Positions 12,101-23,894 of a stretch of 64,000 nucleotides of DNA are shown one piece after another. This DNA comes from Styela clava (lineage: Eukaryota), in NCBI RefSeq assembly GCF_964204865.1, contig NC_135258.1, forward strand, positions 19,034,001 to 19,098,000. Direction: 5' to 3'. The notes beneath the pieces are model-generated. The model searched no databases. It was not told the DNA's origin and saw nothing but the letters and a program-made list of their open reading frames with translations. Position 1 is the stretch's first letter. Each line of letters begins with the position of its first letter. A program made the position numbers and the translations under genes.

Positions 12101-15100
12101 AAGCGTGACACCGATCACTAGCACAAAGTGACTATCCACCTTAGACTTTTGAAACAGGAATTGCAACACTCTTTTTCGGACTTGGACTTTCGGGATTAGG
12201 GATGATGAGGGAACTCGTTAATATCAATGAAGACATTCTGCAAACGCTTCCAGTTTTTGGCATGGATTTTAATCATCCGCAAGGACTAATTCACTATCTT
12301 TGGGCAGAACACGTGCGCAAATACAAGAGGACGGGTTAATTGCAATCCACGCACCTTTGAAAAACCGGCTTTTGTACGCTTTGCAATACAAAGATGAAAC
12401 GAAACTTGACCGTTGAGCGTTATAGCCCATGAAACCTAAAATCGAGCCTCTAGCTATATTAAAAATTGATAAATGTTTCATATATATTGCATTCGGAAAA
12501 AACTGTTGTCTGCTCGTTACGTGGTGGTTTTCAATTTTGCGAACGATGAAAACGGCGAGAATTTGTCGAGTTCGCCATTGGAAGTTTGAGGCTTGTGACC
12601 AAACAATCAAAACTTGACTTCACCCATGCGCGACGTTATTAATATGACGTAACAAAAGTAGGTAGCAACAGCACTACGTAGGACTGTTAGCAACGAAAAT
12701 CCTAGTTTGGCGTTTATTCTGAGCGGAAGAACTAGCGGAAATTGTATAACGGCAGTTGTCTGTTAAACGACAATTTCGTGATTATTTTTCCTCCTGAGGT
12801 TGTAACGTGCGGTATTTTAATAAAATGGAGGTTGAGAAGAGGCACTCTGTTAGTCGAGCACTGATTTTCGACACACCAGCAGAACCATTAACGCCTATTA
12901 TTAGTATTAGTAAAAAGGTGCCTGATTCGTCTATAATGGAAAACATGTCAAATTTTTGGACACCAATCCGTGGTGAATTGGACAATATATGCGGCTTACC
13001 GAGAAAAACATCAACTGTGAATCCATTGTGGCTCCAGTCTACCGAAACAACAAGTGCAAAAAGTAATAGCACTGGTGCGTCACAATCCGACGAAGCAGGT
13101 GTGGAACAGCCAAGGAAAAAGAGAAAATATACAAAGAGGAAAAAGACATATAATTCAGCTATCCAATACGACGGTGGAAATATATTGCCTGACCATTTGG
13201 CGGATTTCATATTGGAGGAAGAGGCTGATAATGTTACCAGAAAAATATCGGACCACGAATATGAAATGTGTCTTCATTGGCTCACGAGCAGCGTTTGCAG
13301 GTAAGCGATTAAACAGTATTCAGCCCCGACGCTATTAGAGTGATGTGCCTCTAGTCCAGATAGAAGGAAAAGCATTGGCATATTCAAAAGATTGTATTCG
13401 GATTACATTTGACAATCATCCGAAAAAGACAAATTGTCGACAAAAAGCTTTAAAGCATTAGCATCCATTTTCAATCAATAACTGTCGGAAACAAATGTAA
13501 TTCTTCGTTATGTAATGCGCAGCCGTTGTCAATGTTTAACCGAGAAATTTGGAATTTTCCTAGCCACCATATCATATTTCAAGGAAAGAAAATAATGAAA
13601 AACGGTGAAAATTATTTCTTTCTATTTTGTAGAAAATCACAAATGTCCAAAGTTTGCAAGATCCTCGGCTTTCTTCGTACACCAGCGTCTCGGAAGCCAA
13701 AACGGAAATATAGGAAAAGAAACATGATTACACTAACTTCTGTCGACAAAACGAACTTTCCGTATTCAACTGCGAACGCTCACTCGACACCTGCACAAGC
13801 GGAAATATCGTTCACTGACATTAACTCAGCGACGAAAAGTTCGGCAATGTTTTCAGAACACTCTATTTGCATTTGATGTAATTAATATTCGTTCCATTTT
13901 ACCATACTTCTCTATTATTTTTTACTAGTCGAATGCCTGACTTTTTATATTATTTTACTCGTAGCACAAATACGGCCTGCCCAGTGCGCTCTGTTTCCAA
14001 TGAAATATTGAATAAACCAATTTCATCTATTCCGGTGCGGCTCATCGCGCTAAGCGTTGGGAATACGCTCGTCACTGCACTTTTGATTACTCTGCGTGGG
14101 TTCACAGGTTTGAATCCCATGCGGGGATAATTATGTGCGAGAGGATTGCTGGACTCCTCGTCGTCGTAGGGTGGTTCACGTAACCGCTGGTCGGTTACGG
14201 CTTCCTCCACCATCAAGTTCATGCTGCCGAAAACAAATAACCAACTAATCCCATACCCGACTTGGAATGGTAACTTGACGAGGTGCCGTGTGGTTCCCCG
14301 TCTTATTGGCTTTCTCTCCCCCGTGATAAATATGTAAATCCTATTCTGCTTACCTTCGCAAGGGAATACAAAACTACATTCTTGAACCACTTCGTAGCAT
14401 TTCTTCGGTGTGGCTTCAACGATTTTTCCTCCCGGACAAATTCTGCGTTTCACTTCTGTTCCCCCTTCTCCGCATGTTTTATCACATTGTCCCAAATCCC
14501 AATCGGTCCATGCCTTAATAGGTTTATGCATTTTTAGTTTATTTCATCATTTATTTTTCATTACATTGTTTTAGTAATAAATTAAGAGACTAAACGCTCT
14601 AACTACTTAACGTAGACGAAAGGTGGGTTGAGGAATGAATAGATAAAATTGAATTATTAGGAGAAAAGATCATCGAGAAATTTTGATCATTCTGAAGTAA
14701 TAAATCCAGCGCTCCATCTATCTTTTAATCAAATCCATCTTTTACGGATCTCCAGAAGTATGTGCACCAAGATGACGCACAACCTGAACCCTAACCTGGT
14801 ACAACTACTATGTTCAGGTTGTGCGCCATTTTGGTGCACATACTTCTGGAGATCCGTAAAACCTCATTGCAACCTGGAGTGGCCACCAAAATAACAATCG
14901 ATAAAACAATTATCACGAGGCCTGTTCAGGACAGAATCATAACATGTGACAATGTAGGTCAATAGAAAAAATTCCTGGAGTAAATTCCCCCACGTCTGTC
15001 CCTCTTGGGGACGCTTTTATCGCCAACTGTAACTTCACTTCAATTTTAAGCATACCAATAGATTGCAGGCGATTATGGTTTGGTAGACATAATATGAATG

Positions 15101-18100
15101 TCTAAAATGAAGGTTTTACTACATATATATAAAATTATTCCCGACAATTCATCAAGCGTTGCAATTTTTGTTTGAAATTATACCCAATGCGCTATATTAA
15201 TTAGGTGGTAATTATTGGAACAAAACTTACGTAGCAAAAATCTTCATTACACACTCTTGAATCCAAAGAGCCTTCCACACAAAGATGAGGGGGAACACCA
15301 GGCACACATCTTCTTGCTCTACTTTGGATACCGGGAGAACATTCTGATGAGCAATCACTCCATTCGCCCCAATCTGCCCAAATTGAAGTTTGGCCCGTGA
15401 GGACAGTCGGTAGACCGCTTGTCGTTGCTGTGGATGTTGTTGTTGTTGTTGATTCTGTTGTTGAGATTGTTGCCGATGTAGTTGAAGCAGTACTGCTGGA
15501 TGTTGTAGGAGCATTTGTCGGCGCCGTTGTCGTAGTATCGTCGGGACAATATTCTGTTACAGTATCTTCGCAGTTGAAAACGTTGATATAACAATCGTCA
15601 TCGGCTAAAAAGGAAAACTAATTGATTGATACTGAATTCAATTTGCAAATTGTACAATACTCAAAACCGGAATAGGCGTCCAAATTAGAGCAATTTCTGA
15701 AACAGTAGGCTATTTCGGCAAGCTTGGATTATCTGTTGGTATCCGCTGGTGCCATAAACTAGTCCCACAAACCTATTGCGTCGCAAATTTTCTGAAAGAT
15801 CATTCTTTTTATAAGACTTGTAGGTAACGCAGCCAACTTTTGAAATACTAAGTTCCTCTGTGCACATTTCGGTAGTTTAAAATACTGAAACAATTTGAAA
15901 TACTCAAATATTTTTTCATGCTTATCGGAGAGATTTTATAATTCGGCTTAATATGTAACCCATGTTTTTTTTTGGCATCAAAACTCGCCGAGAACTGACA
16001 ATGAACTGTGATACAAATCCCTGAGGGACAACTTGCTGCTGACAGTTATCGTGAAAATGCATTTTCAAGGACAATTTTACGCACCATCTTTTTTCTCTCG
16101 TCCAGCGCATTCTCTCGTTTTTACTTCCAATTTGTTTGCGACATCTTCGTCGGTCTTTTTACATGCCGGGCATTTTTCAACTGTAGTCCATTCTCTCCAT
16201 TCCAGACAGAGATCATCATTGCAACTTCCTATATCAACTGATTCCATTTCAACTCCACAATCCTCAATTGCAGCTTCAGACTCGTCACTAGAAAAAATTT
16301 GAAACGAGGACATGGAGGCTGAAAACCTATCTTTATAACCTAAAGTTATGATAATCTTATAAAACAAGAGAGCTACGCACAAATATATGGACACGTTAGA
16401 CCAGAGCGAATCAGTCTTTACCGGTACCTTTGGCGCTACCGGTACCCTCAAAAAAGTTCTGAATTTCCAGTAGCAAGAATTTTGCATAATCAAAACGTAC
16501 AGCCAGTCATGACACTGACTAAAATCCGTGTTCCCATGGATAAAAAATAATACAGCAAAATTTTAGACGAAATATCAAATTTCATAGAATTCACGCAAAA
16601 TTTTGAAATAAATAAAAGTAATAGCCTTCTAGCGAAGAAATTAATCTTTAACCACTGAAAATTTCAAAGCAATTGGTCCAGTAATCGAAGAGAAAAGCGA
16701 TTTTTTAAAAACGTGTCAAAGAACAAGAACAACAACAACAACAACAACAACATAGTATTGAAACGATCGTTGGGACTATGATTTCCCTGGTTTTATTCAA
16801 ATAACTGTAAGATGTGGCGAACCTGTACATGCACAGTCTTGTTCTTATTCTGGTGCCATTAGTGCAACTTGTTGAACAAGGTGACCAGTCCAACCATTCA
16901 CCCCATTGTGGTACTTTGGCCTTTTGAGTAGTTGTTGCTTCAGTTGTTGTCGTAACAGGTTCTGTAGTCGTAGGAGGTTCTGTAGTTGTTGTAGTAGTCG
17001 TTGTTGTCGGTTCTGGTGTTGTTGTTGTTGTTGTAGTAGTTGTAGTGCTAGTAGTTGTTGCTCTAGTAGTTGAAGCAGTTGTACTAGTTGTTGAAAAGGG
17101 TGTTGTTGTCGTTTTCTTGGCAGTCGTAAAAACGAAAATGCTTGGTGATGCAGGCTCTTTTGTCCTGACTGTAGTTGTAATTTTTGGAGTATTAGCGGAA
17201 GTAGTAGTGGTACTTATTGTCGTTGGTACTGTTGTAAGCTTGGGAGTAATTGGCGAATCAGTAATGCTAAATATGTTCCCTGATTGTGTATTGGTTGGTT
17301 TAGTTGTTGTTCTAAACCGATCGACAAAACGAGTACTCTCCACGAAAGTAGGAATTGCACTAGAGACGGGGCACGATGGTAGAATGCATGCCATTTCTCT
17401 TTGACTGCAACTCAAAAATGCATTGCTGATTCGGCCTGAACGTTGTTTATTCCAACACGTTCTTGTAGAATATCTGACGGCGGAGCCACACGAACGACCG
17501 CAGGCGCTGTAAGCTGTCCAGGTCGTCCACGAATCGCACATTTCTATGTTACAATTTTCACTCTGAGTTGAACTTGACACTGATTCTACAAAAGGAGCGC
17601 ACATTCTTGATGCAGCTACACGGTTATTGCGAATACACGAACGAAATCTGCTTCTCTGCCCTCTCGCACATTCTTGTGAACATGGGCCCCATGTTTGCCA
17701 TTGACTCCATGTTGCTGGTCGAGATCTTGGTTGCAGTCGTGGTGTTGTAACGGGGCGCAGTCGTGGTGTTGTAACTGGGCATACTTGTGGGTTACAATTC
17801 GTTCTTGAAGAGTAGCATTCGATGTTTTCTCTTCCAGAAGTATTAGATATACATTTTCTAAAAATAAAGATGAATGAAAAAAATATTAATAATGAATCAC
17901 TACTAGGAATTTTCGAAGTTAGCTAGCATGTGATAATTCATATCAGTGCAAAAATTCATCTCGATAGCGATATCTCAACTTCATTGCCAGCCATATATAT
18001 CCCGATTAATAGTGCTGATTGTATTTATTCTATTTTTGTAGACTGTTTGTGTGCAGAAAGATTTACAAAACTGTATAAATTTTGTTTTTGAACTTGTTTG

Positions 18101-21100
18101 TCCAATCTTCAATATTACCAAAAAAACAAAAAACTAATTACCAAAAACTTTTAACCAAAGAACCTCTTTTACCTTGTTCTTGTATTGAATCCATTTCCAC
18201 AAGTCACAGAACAAGCGCTGTATTCCCATGAGCTCCATATCTGACATGCTTGTTGATTACAAGATATTTGTTCAGCGAGTCTTATCCCTTGGTTGAGACA
18301 GGTTTGCGCATCTGAAGAAATAACAAAAGTTCGTGACTTTAGAAATCTATTGAAAATTGTAAATAGAAATATTATTCATTAATAATCAATCCAATTTGAG
18401 GGTATCCCATTTCTAATAATAATAATATGGCGTTGGATGGTTTCCGAACAAAATAGACGTCCGGTATCGACACAGTCGGTTGTGAAGATATGCTCTTCAT
18501 GGGAATTTCACCGCTATATATTATATATATATTATAATAGATTTGGTTTCAGATAAGAAAATACCATATATTTAACTACTCTAGAAATTATTCGCTGCTT
18601 TTGTGTACTCGTAGCATATCGCGACTACTAAAACAAACAAACAAAAAACGAAATTTTGTATCAAATTATCAAACCTGCATTTAGACATCGTCTGGTTCTT
18701 GTTGAAAAACCAGGAGAACATTCTTTCGAACAAGCACCCCAGAACGTCCATTCCGACACTTGCACGTGGACCTGGAATATCGACGTGGATGTTCTCGCTG
18801 AATACAAAAGCAATATGATATCACCATACAATATGTGGATATATATTCATATTGTGAGTAATATATATATATATATTTATTCTGACATGCTTATCTCTAA
18901 CATATTGTGTATTGAAAATGCAGGTCTTTTCTTCTCCTAAGCATGTGACCGCTGTGCGAATGAGATAGTATTGAATTGATAAATACGAATAACATTCCAC
19001 AAAATAAGAAGTATATTTGTTAGCTTTCGTTAGATCATAATCCAACTTCTTCAGACAAAACAAGATATATCTGTCATGTATTCCTTCATTTTTCGAATCT
19101 AATTATAGTAACTTGACACCAAAATTATTATGATCCATATCTTTGCGAGTATATCTTCTTTTGTAAGAAGATGCTTATTTAGTAAGTTTATATATACTAT
19201 TGAATACCTCTTCAATTTTTTCCGTATATATATAAAATATTGCAAAATATACCTCAATAATCGTACAAAAAATTAAATTCATTCAACGCAAAATACAAAA
19301 ACAATTTTGTTTCTGTTCTTAGGCGTCAGATCATTTGTTGTAGAGTTGTGGGTCTAACTATCATGGGTTGTATCGCACCCAATCATTGATATTCAACACG
19401 AGCCAGCCACATCAAAGAAAATCTAAGAAATCGGGTAAGCAATGTCTCCTTAAAATGATGTGCTCTTATCATTTACTTATTGTAAAATTCTATTCACCTT
19501 TTCTGAAACAGAACGGTTGTCGAAATTGATCATAGCAGCATCCCTGAGCTTCGCAAAATATTCTTCCTAGTCTGCCTAACTGACATTGCTCGAGTGGAAG
19601 AGCCAATTGACATGTCGGCTGTGGTTGAGACACAAAAATGTCCAGGGAAGTATCCGGTTGTAAAGGTTGCAAAGGTTGAACTTGACAATATGTGGCTAAA
19701 AATAATGAAACTGAAAACCGACTGTTGCCTTTCTGCAAAATTATCCATCACGCTATTAGACACAAAATTATTACGTTGTTATTGTTATTCTTTTCTTGCT
19801 GGTATTGTTGTTATGTCGGTTTTCTGTAACTACTGGACCAATGGCTTTGAAATTTTCAGAAATAAAGATTTTTTTGGTCGCTAGAAGGCTATTACTTTTA
19901 TTTTTTTCGAAAATTTCTGTGGGCTGTGTGTTAGCAGTCATCGTGCTTAGCCAAAGACGATAAAAGGGGGCAGTAGTCTAGGTAAAGGGTAAGGTACTAT
20001 AACAGATTTGATACTACAGTTGCTACTCGAATTATTTGGATTTTCGATTCACGTTGAGACTCGACGCATGCGACCAGGGAAAGCTAAAGGAAAGTCTGCG
20101 TGCCGATACTGGTAAGTATATTCAGGATAAGATGTTTAGGTAAATTGTGGGTAACATAATTATTTCGTTATAGCTTTCGTGACCATGTATTTTCACGCGT
20201 TTAGACAGCATTTGTCATGTAAAAGTTCATCATGAGCAGCTGTGACGAATATTTTGAAATAATTTGTCATGTTATTTTAATCAATACACGTTTATTTTAT
20301 ACAAAAAACACTTTACTCACGGTCTTTTTCGTAACAATTTGATCCAAAAAGTTGTCCGAAAAACCCACTAGACTGATAACAACATCCAGCTTGAAGGCAT
20401 TGTTGGCGCGTGAGAGCAAATGGATTCGCTGTACATGATGACCGAAACTCAGACGGAATATTGCAAGCGCATTCTGAAAAAATAAGATTGTCGTAATATA
20501 TTATAGTATGTAATCCGGCTAATAAAGTTGTAAAACAAAAAATATATATATATATCAGTTCGAAAAACCACAGATCCCACCGGGGTTGGAAGGGCGAAGT
20601 AAAACGGGTCTCATGTAGTTTCGTACCTAACATACTTCTAGTGGGCGTAGCATGACAATTTTTCCACGTATCAATCCTTACCCCCACCTGACTGCACCAT
20701 CCACAAATTACGACGTCACAGTGACGTAATAGAGCCCTTCAAACTTTACGAACTGCCATCCAAGACGCACAAACAAGCACCCGAAATCGAGCAGTTATTT
20801 CTCTCGTTTTCTCGTCGCAACAATTCCGATAGGAGAGAGATCGATAACGTCAGTCAGTTCTTTATCGTCGGCGCCAATGCCATTTCGGTCGATCGTGCTT
20901 ATATTTGGGAAGCTCTATGACGTGTTGTGATGTCGTAGTGATTTAATTTTTGGATGGCGTAGTCAGATGGGGGTTAGGATTAACATATCAAAAAATTGTT
21001 ATGCTACGCCCACTAGAAGTACGTTAGGTACAAAACTACACGAGACCCAATAAAACTAGGACGACAAAATAACGTTACAGATTTTGCTTATATATGAACA

Positions 21101-23894
21101 AATGGTTCCATTCCAGATGTCATCTGCTCACGTTCAATGGAGCGTTGTTGGGGTATCTCATCTATACGAGAAGTTTTTGGCATAGGACATCTTATGTAAA
21201 TCATCTTTAGTTCAAGACATTCCCTGTACGCAAATTTGATGAGAAACGTTGTGTCCTGTAGAGACCATAATAAATAACACTACTGCCTAGTTTATTTACA
21301 TATTTACGCCAAGACCAAACAATGTTGCGTATTTTCATGGCAATTTCGATACGGTGATTATAGAAGTGTCAGTTTCATTGGCAATTAAGCTCGTTCGCGT
21401 GCCACAAAGATGTATGAGGTACAAATTGTATCGGGTTTTATAGAGTTGACACGAATCGTTTATTACGTACACTCAAGTTACCGGTGATTAAGACAATTTA
21501 TGGCCCTAAAACTGAATTCATCAAATACGCGTCACCGATCACAACAGTAATTAACTTCAGCGCGCAAATCTGCGTGTCGTTCAAATGATGACTTTTATCA
21601 TTGACTGGTGGTTGATACATTTATTTATTTGTCTTCGTTTCTGAAAATGAATTTTTTAAAATCTATATTTGGGATCTACAATACAAACAAAAATATTCTT
21701 TTGAATTTATTGATTGAAAAAACGGAAACAGGATCCACTATCTCATTTCAGTAGTAGGATGGGTATATGAGATAGTAGACAAAAAGGGGGAATGAAAAAA
21801 AAGTATTGGAAAAATCACGGAGAAAAATCTGGTTTTGTAGTTAGTTTCGTGATCAAAGTTTGAAGCCATATTTGCCAAAATATTTCGATAAAAAGTTAAA
21901 TACATTTATTTATTTGTGTTCGTTTCTGAAAATGAATTTTTTTAAATCTATATTTGGGATCTACAATACAAACAAAAATATTCTTTTGAATTTATTGATT
22001 GAAAAAACGGAAACAGGATCCACTATCTCATTTCAGTAGTAGGATGGGTATATGAGATAGTAGACAAAAAGCGGGAATGAAAAAAAAGTATTGGAAAAAT
22101 CACGGAGAAAAATCTGGTTTTGTAGTTAGTTTCGTAATCAAAGTTTGAAGCCATATTTGCCAAAATATTTCGATAAAAAGTTAAATACATTTATTTATTT
22201 GTCTTCGTTTCTGAAAATGAATTTTTTTAAATCTATATTTGGGATCTACAATACAAACAAAAATATTCATTTGAATTTATTGATTGAAAAAAACGGAAAC
22301 AGGATCCACTATCTCATTTCAGTAGTAGGATGGGTATATGAGATAGTAGACAAAAAGGGGGAATGAAAAAAAAGTACTGGAAAAATCACGGAGAAAAATC
22401 TGGTTTTGTAGTTAGTTTCGTAATCAAAGTTTGAAGCCATATTTGCCAAAATATTTCGATAAAAAGTTAAAGATATATGTTTTCCCAATACCTTTGAAAA
22501 AAATTTTTATTTTCAAGTTTCGACCTTTTGGTTTTTTAACCGATATGGGAACATATTTGTGCATCGATCTTTTGGTTCATTTTCTCGATCATCAGCGAAC
22601 GATTCAAAATGATATATATACTTGTAATGCCAATTTCGGATCATCAATTTTGAATATATATATTCAATGATCGACAAAATGAACCAAAAGATCGATGCAC
22701 AAATATGTTACCATATCGGTTGAAAAACCAAAAGGTCGAAACTTTCGAAATTTTTTCAAAGGTATTGGGAAAACATATAATTTTGAACTTTTAAACATCT
22801 TTAACTTTTTATCGAAACATTTTGGAAAATATGGCTTCAAACTTTGATTAGGAAACTAACTAAAAGAGCAGATTTTTCTCCGTGTTTTCAATAGAATATT
22901 TTCATTCGCCTTTTTGTCTTGAACCTTGAATTCACACGGTGATGTAATTTTATAAATTAACGAAATTCGGTAAATCAGGGACAAAACGGTAGGTCCGGTA
23001 GGTGTAGAAAGAAGGATAATTAAAATGTGAGGCATTTTTCTGATAGAACTTTGCCTAAGTTCATTTAAGTTTTATCTCTAAATACTTATATATATATATA
23101 TCGGGTAACCAGAAACAAGCGGAATTCGGCAAATAGCTAGATTCACATTGCGTTTGATGGAGCGTGTACAAGTAACTTACTTCATCGACAAGCTACGCGT
23201 CAACATGCCGGAATTATATATTAATTTTTGACTATTATAAATCACGAAAAATTTGATGCACTATCCTGTAGAGTTGACCCCCATAAAATTTATCGAACAT
23301 CGCCGTAAACAAATGAGTATGGGTGGGCGTTGGCCATTGGTGTCAATAAGCCCCAAACTGCAATTCTTCAGGGCATGTTATGTTGATTGATGTAGCAGGT
23401 AGGCTTACTGACACTTGATTGAACTTAGATATTACCCTCATTATCGGCAATAATTGATATGACGTCATAGTTTCACAGTCAAGCCGAAAAGTTTATTGTT
23501 TAACAGCGATTACGATCCCTTTCAGCTCAATAATCATCAACCATATACATAAGCTATTCAGGAAGAGTTTGCAATTTACATATTTTGAAACTAAATTTTA
23601 TAAACAAAACGCGAAAGTGAAATTGTGTAATACAATTACATTTTTAGACGCATTGCCGAATTGAAACGGAAATTAGGATCCCGATCAAACGTAAACTTTG
23701 CACGAAAGTAAGCCTAAATACCGAATAGTCCATATAGATAGCAGAAATGGTTGATCTATCAGTTATAAAAGTTCACATTTGTTATCAAACGTGATGGAAT
23801 TTGAATTGCTAATCTTACCTGTTGTTCCAAGTCCTAGTTGCGCAGAAGTTGTTCCAATCAGTGCCAGTACGATAAAAAACAACTTATGAATCAT
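9154..23894 (-). CDS. Secreted trefoil / thrombospondin type-1 repeat / mucin-like / VWA domain protein (~1081 aa, 13 exons)
   Basis: Hand-spliced exons, all GT-AG and phase-compatible: 23819-23894 (signal peptide MIHKLFFIVLALIGTTSAQ), 20321-20473 (trefoil 1, ...TRQQCLQAGCCY...NCY), 19498-19695 (trefoil 2, ...FCEAQGCCYD...FCF), 18675-18797, 18173-18311, 16823-17857, 16085-16287, 15231-15604, 14354-14513 (eight WxxWxxW..CS..C...RxRxC TSP1 repeats plus Thr-rich tracts), 11118-11349, 10633-10780, 10309-10468 (VWA: LDVLFLVDSS...IRDLPYMCG...GDRENIHNVVVTIL), 9154-9398 (stop TAA). Sum 3246 nt, divisible by 3. Confidence 0.88.
9608..9963. mobile_element. pogo/Tigger-like MITE
   Basis: TIR CCGTGTTTCCC.GA.AATA.GAC / GTCCTATTTTCGGGGAAACACGG; TA on the left flank. 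Confidence 0.75.
12640..12760 (+). promoter_or_regulatory. Candidate promoter of the nested gene
   Basis: CRE-like TGACGTAA (~12646) and two ETS-like GCGGAA motifs (~12722, ~12735), 90-180 bp upstream of the ATG. Confidence 0.35.
12825..13876 (+). CDS. Nested antisense two-exon gene, ~239-aa basic, probably nuclear protein of unknown family
   Basis: ATG 12825 (aaaATGG); exon 1 ends at CAG|gtaagc (13300); exon 2 starts after ttttgtag| (13633) in matching phase and runs to TGA 13876; AATAAA at 14011. Two NLS-like runs (PRKKRKYTKRKK, RKPKRKYRKR). Lies inside intron 11350-14353 of the minus-strand TSP1 gene. Confidence 0.65.
14034..14347 (+). mobile_element. tRNA-derived SINE (full length)
   Basis: A-box-like GGCTCATCGCGCTAAGCG, B-box GGTTTGAATCCC, central GGCTTCCTCCACCATCAAG, tail GATAAATATGTAAATCCTAT; homologous copies at 35093, 48074 and 32536. 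Confidence 0.8.
14740..14861. mobile_element. Palindromic MITE (~50-bp near-perfect stem)
   Basis: TTTTACGGATCTCCAGAAGTATGTGCACCAA...TTGGTGCACATACTTCTGGAGATCCGTAAAA with a ~22-nt loop containing CCTAACC. Confidence 0.85.
16363..16785. mobile_element. Helentron/HINE(DINE-1)-like non-autonomous element with (AAC)n microsatellite
   Basis: Starts AACAAGAGAGCTA..ATATGGACACG; conserved block AATAGCCTTCT...AAATTTCAAAGCAATTGGTCCAG; (AAC)n near the other end; homologous to 30790-31045 and fragments at ~11725-11815 and ~19770-19895. Confidence 0.65.
20606..21048. mobile_element. MITE with ~110-bp TIRs (GGGTCT termini) and 8-bp TSD
   Basis: GGGTCTC.TGTAGTTT.GTACCTAAC...GTTAGGTACAAAACTACACGAGACCC; flanks AGTAAAAC / AATAAAAC (7/8 match); a sister copy lies inverted at 32791. 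Confidence 0.85.
21616..22471 (+). repeat. Tandem triplication of a ~285-bp unit
   Basis: Near-identical units starting at 21616, 21901 and 22186. Confidence 0.95.
22348..22919. mobile_element. Foldback element with ~245-bp inverted arms
   Basis: AGACAAAAAGG.GAATG... left arm (22348-~22592) is the reverse complement of ~22667-22919. Confidence 0.85.

Noticed and set aside
13950-14353. C-terminal two thirds of the 193-aa ORF 13950-14531
   Set aside because: It runs through the gtaagc donor into an antisense SINE; the same peptide (SMNLMVEEA) recurs in ORFs 34962-35228 and 48111-48362 over other SINE copies.
16705-16822. Poly-Cys C-terminus of ORF 16705-17604 (metal-binding or lipidation tail?)
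   Set aside because: Intronic; it is the antisense reading of an (AAC)n microsatellite in a repeat, beyond the donor at 16823.
15215-17750. Val-rich and Gln/Asn-rich ORFs (15227-15514, 15355-15594, 15397-15591, 17045-17404)
   Set aside because: Shadow frames of the ACA/ACT-rich Thr tracts of the TSP1 gene.
21616-22471. CRISPR-like array
   Set aside because: Eukaryotic context; the units are full 285-bp duplicates with no unique spacers.
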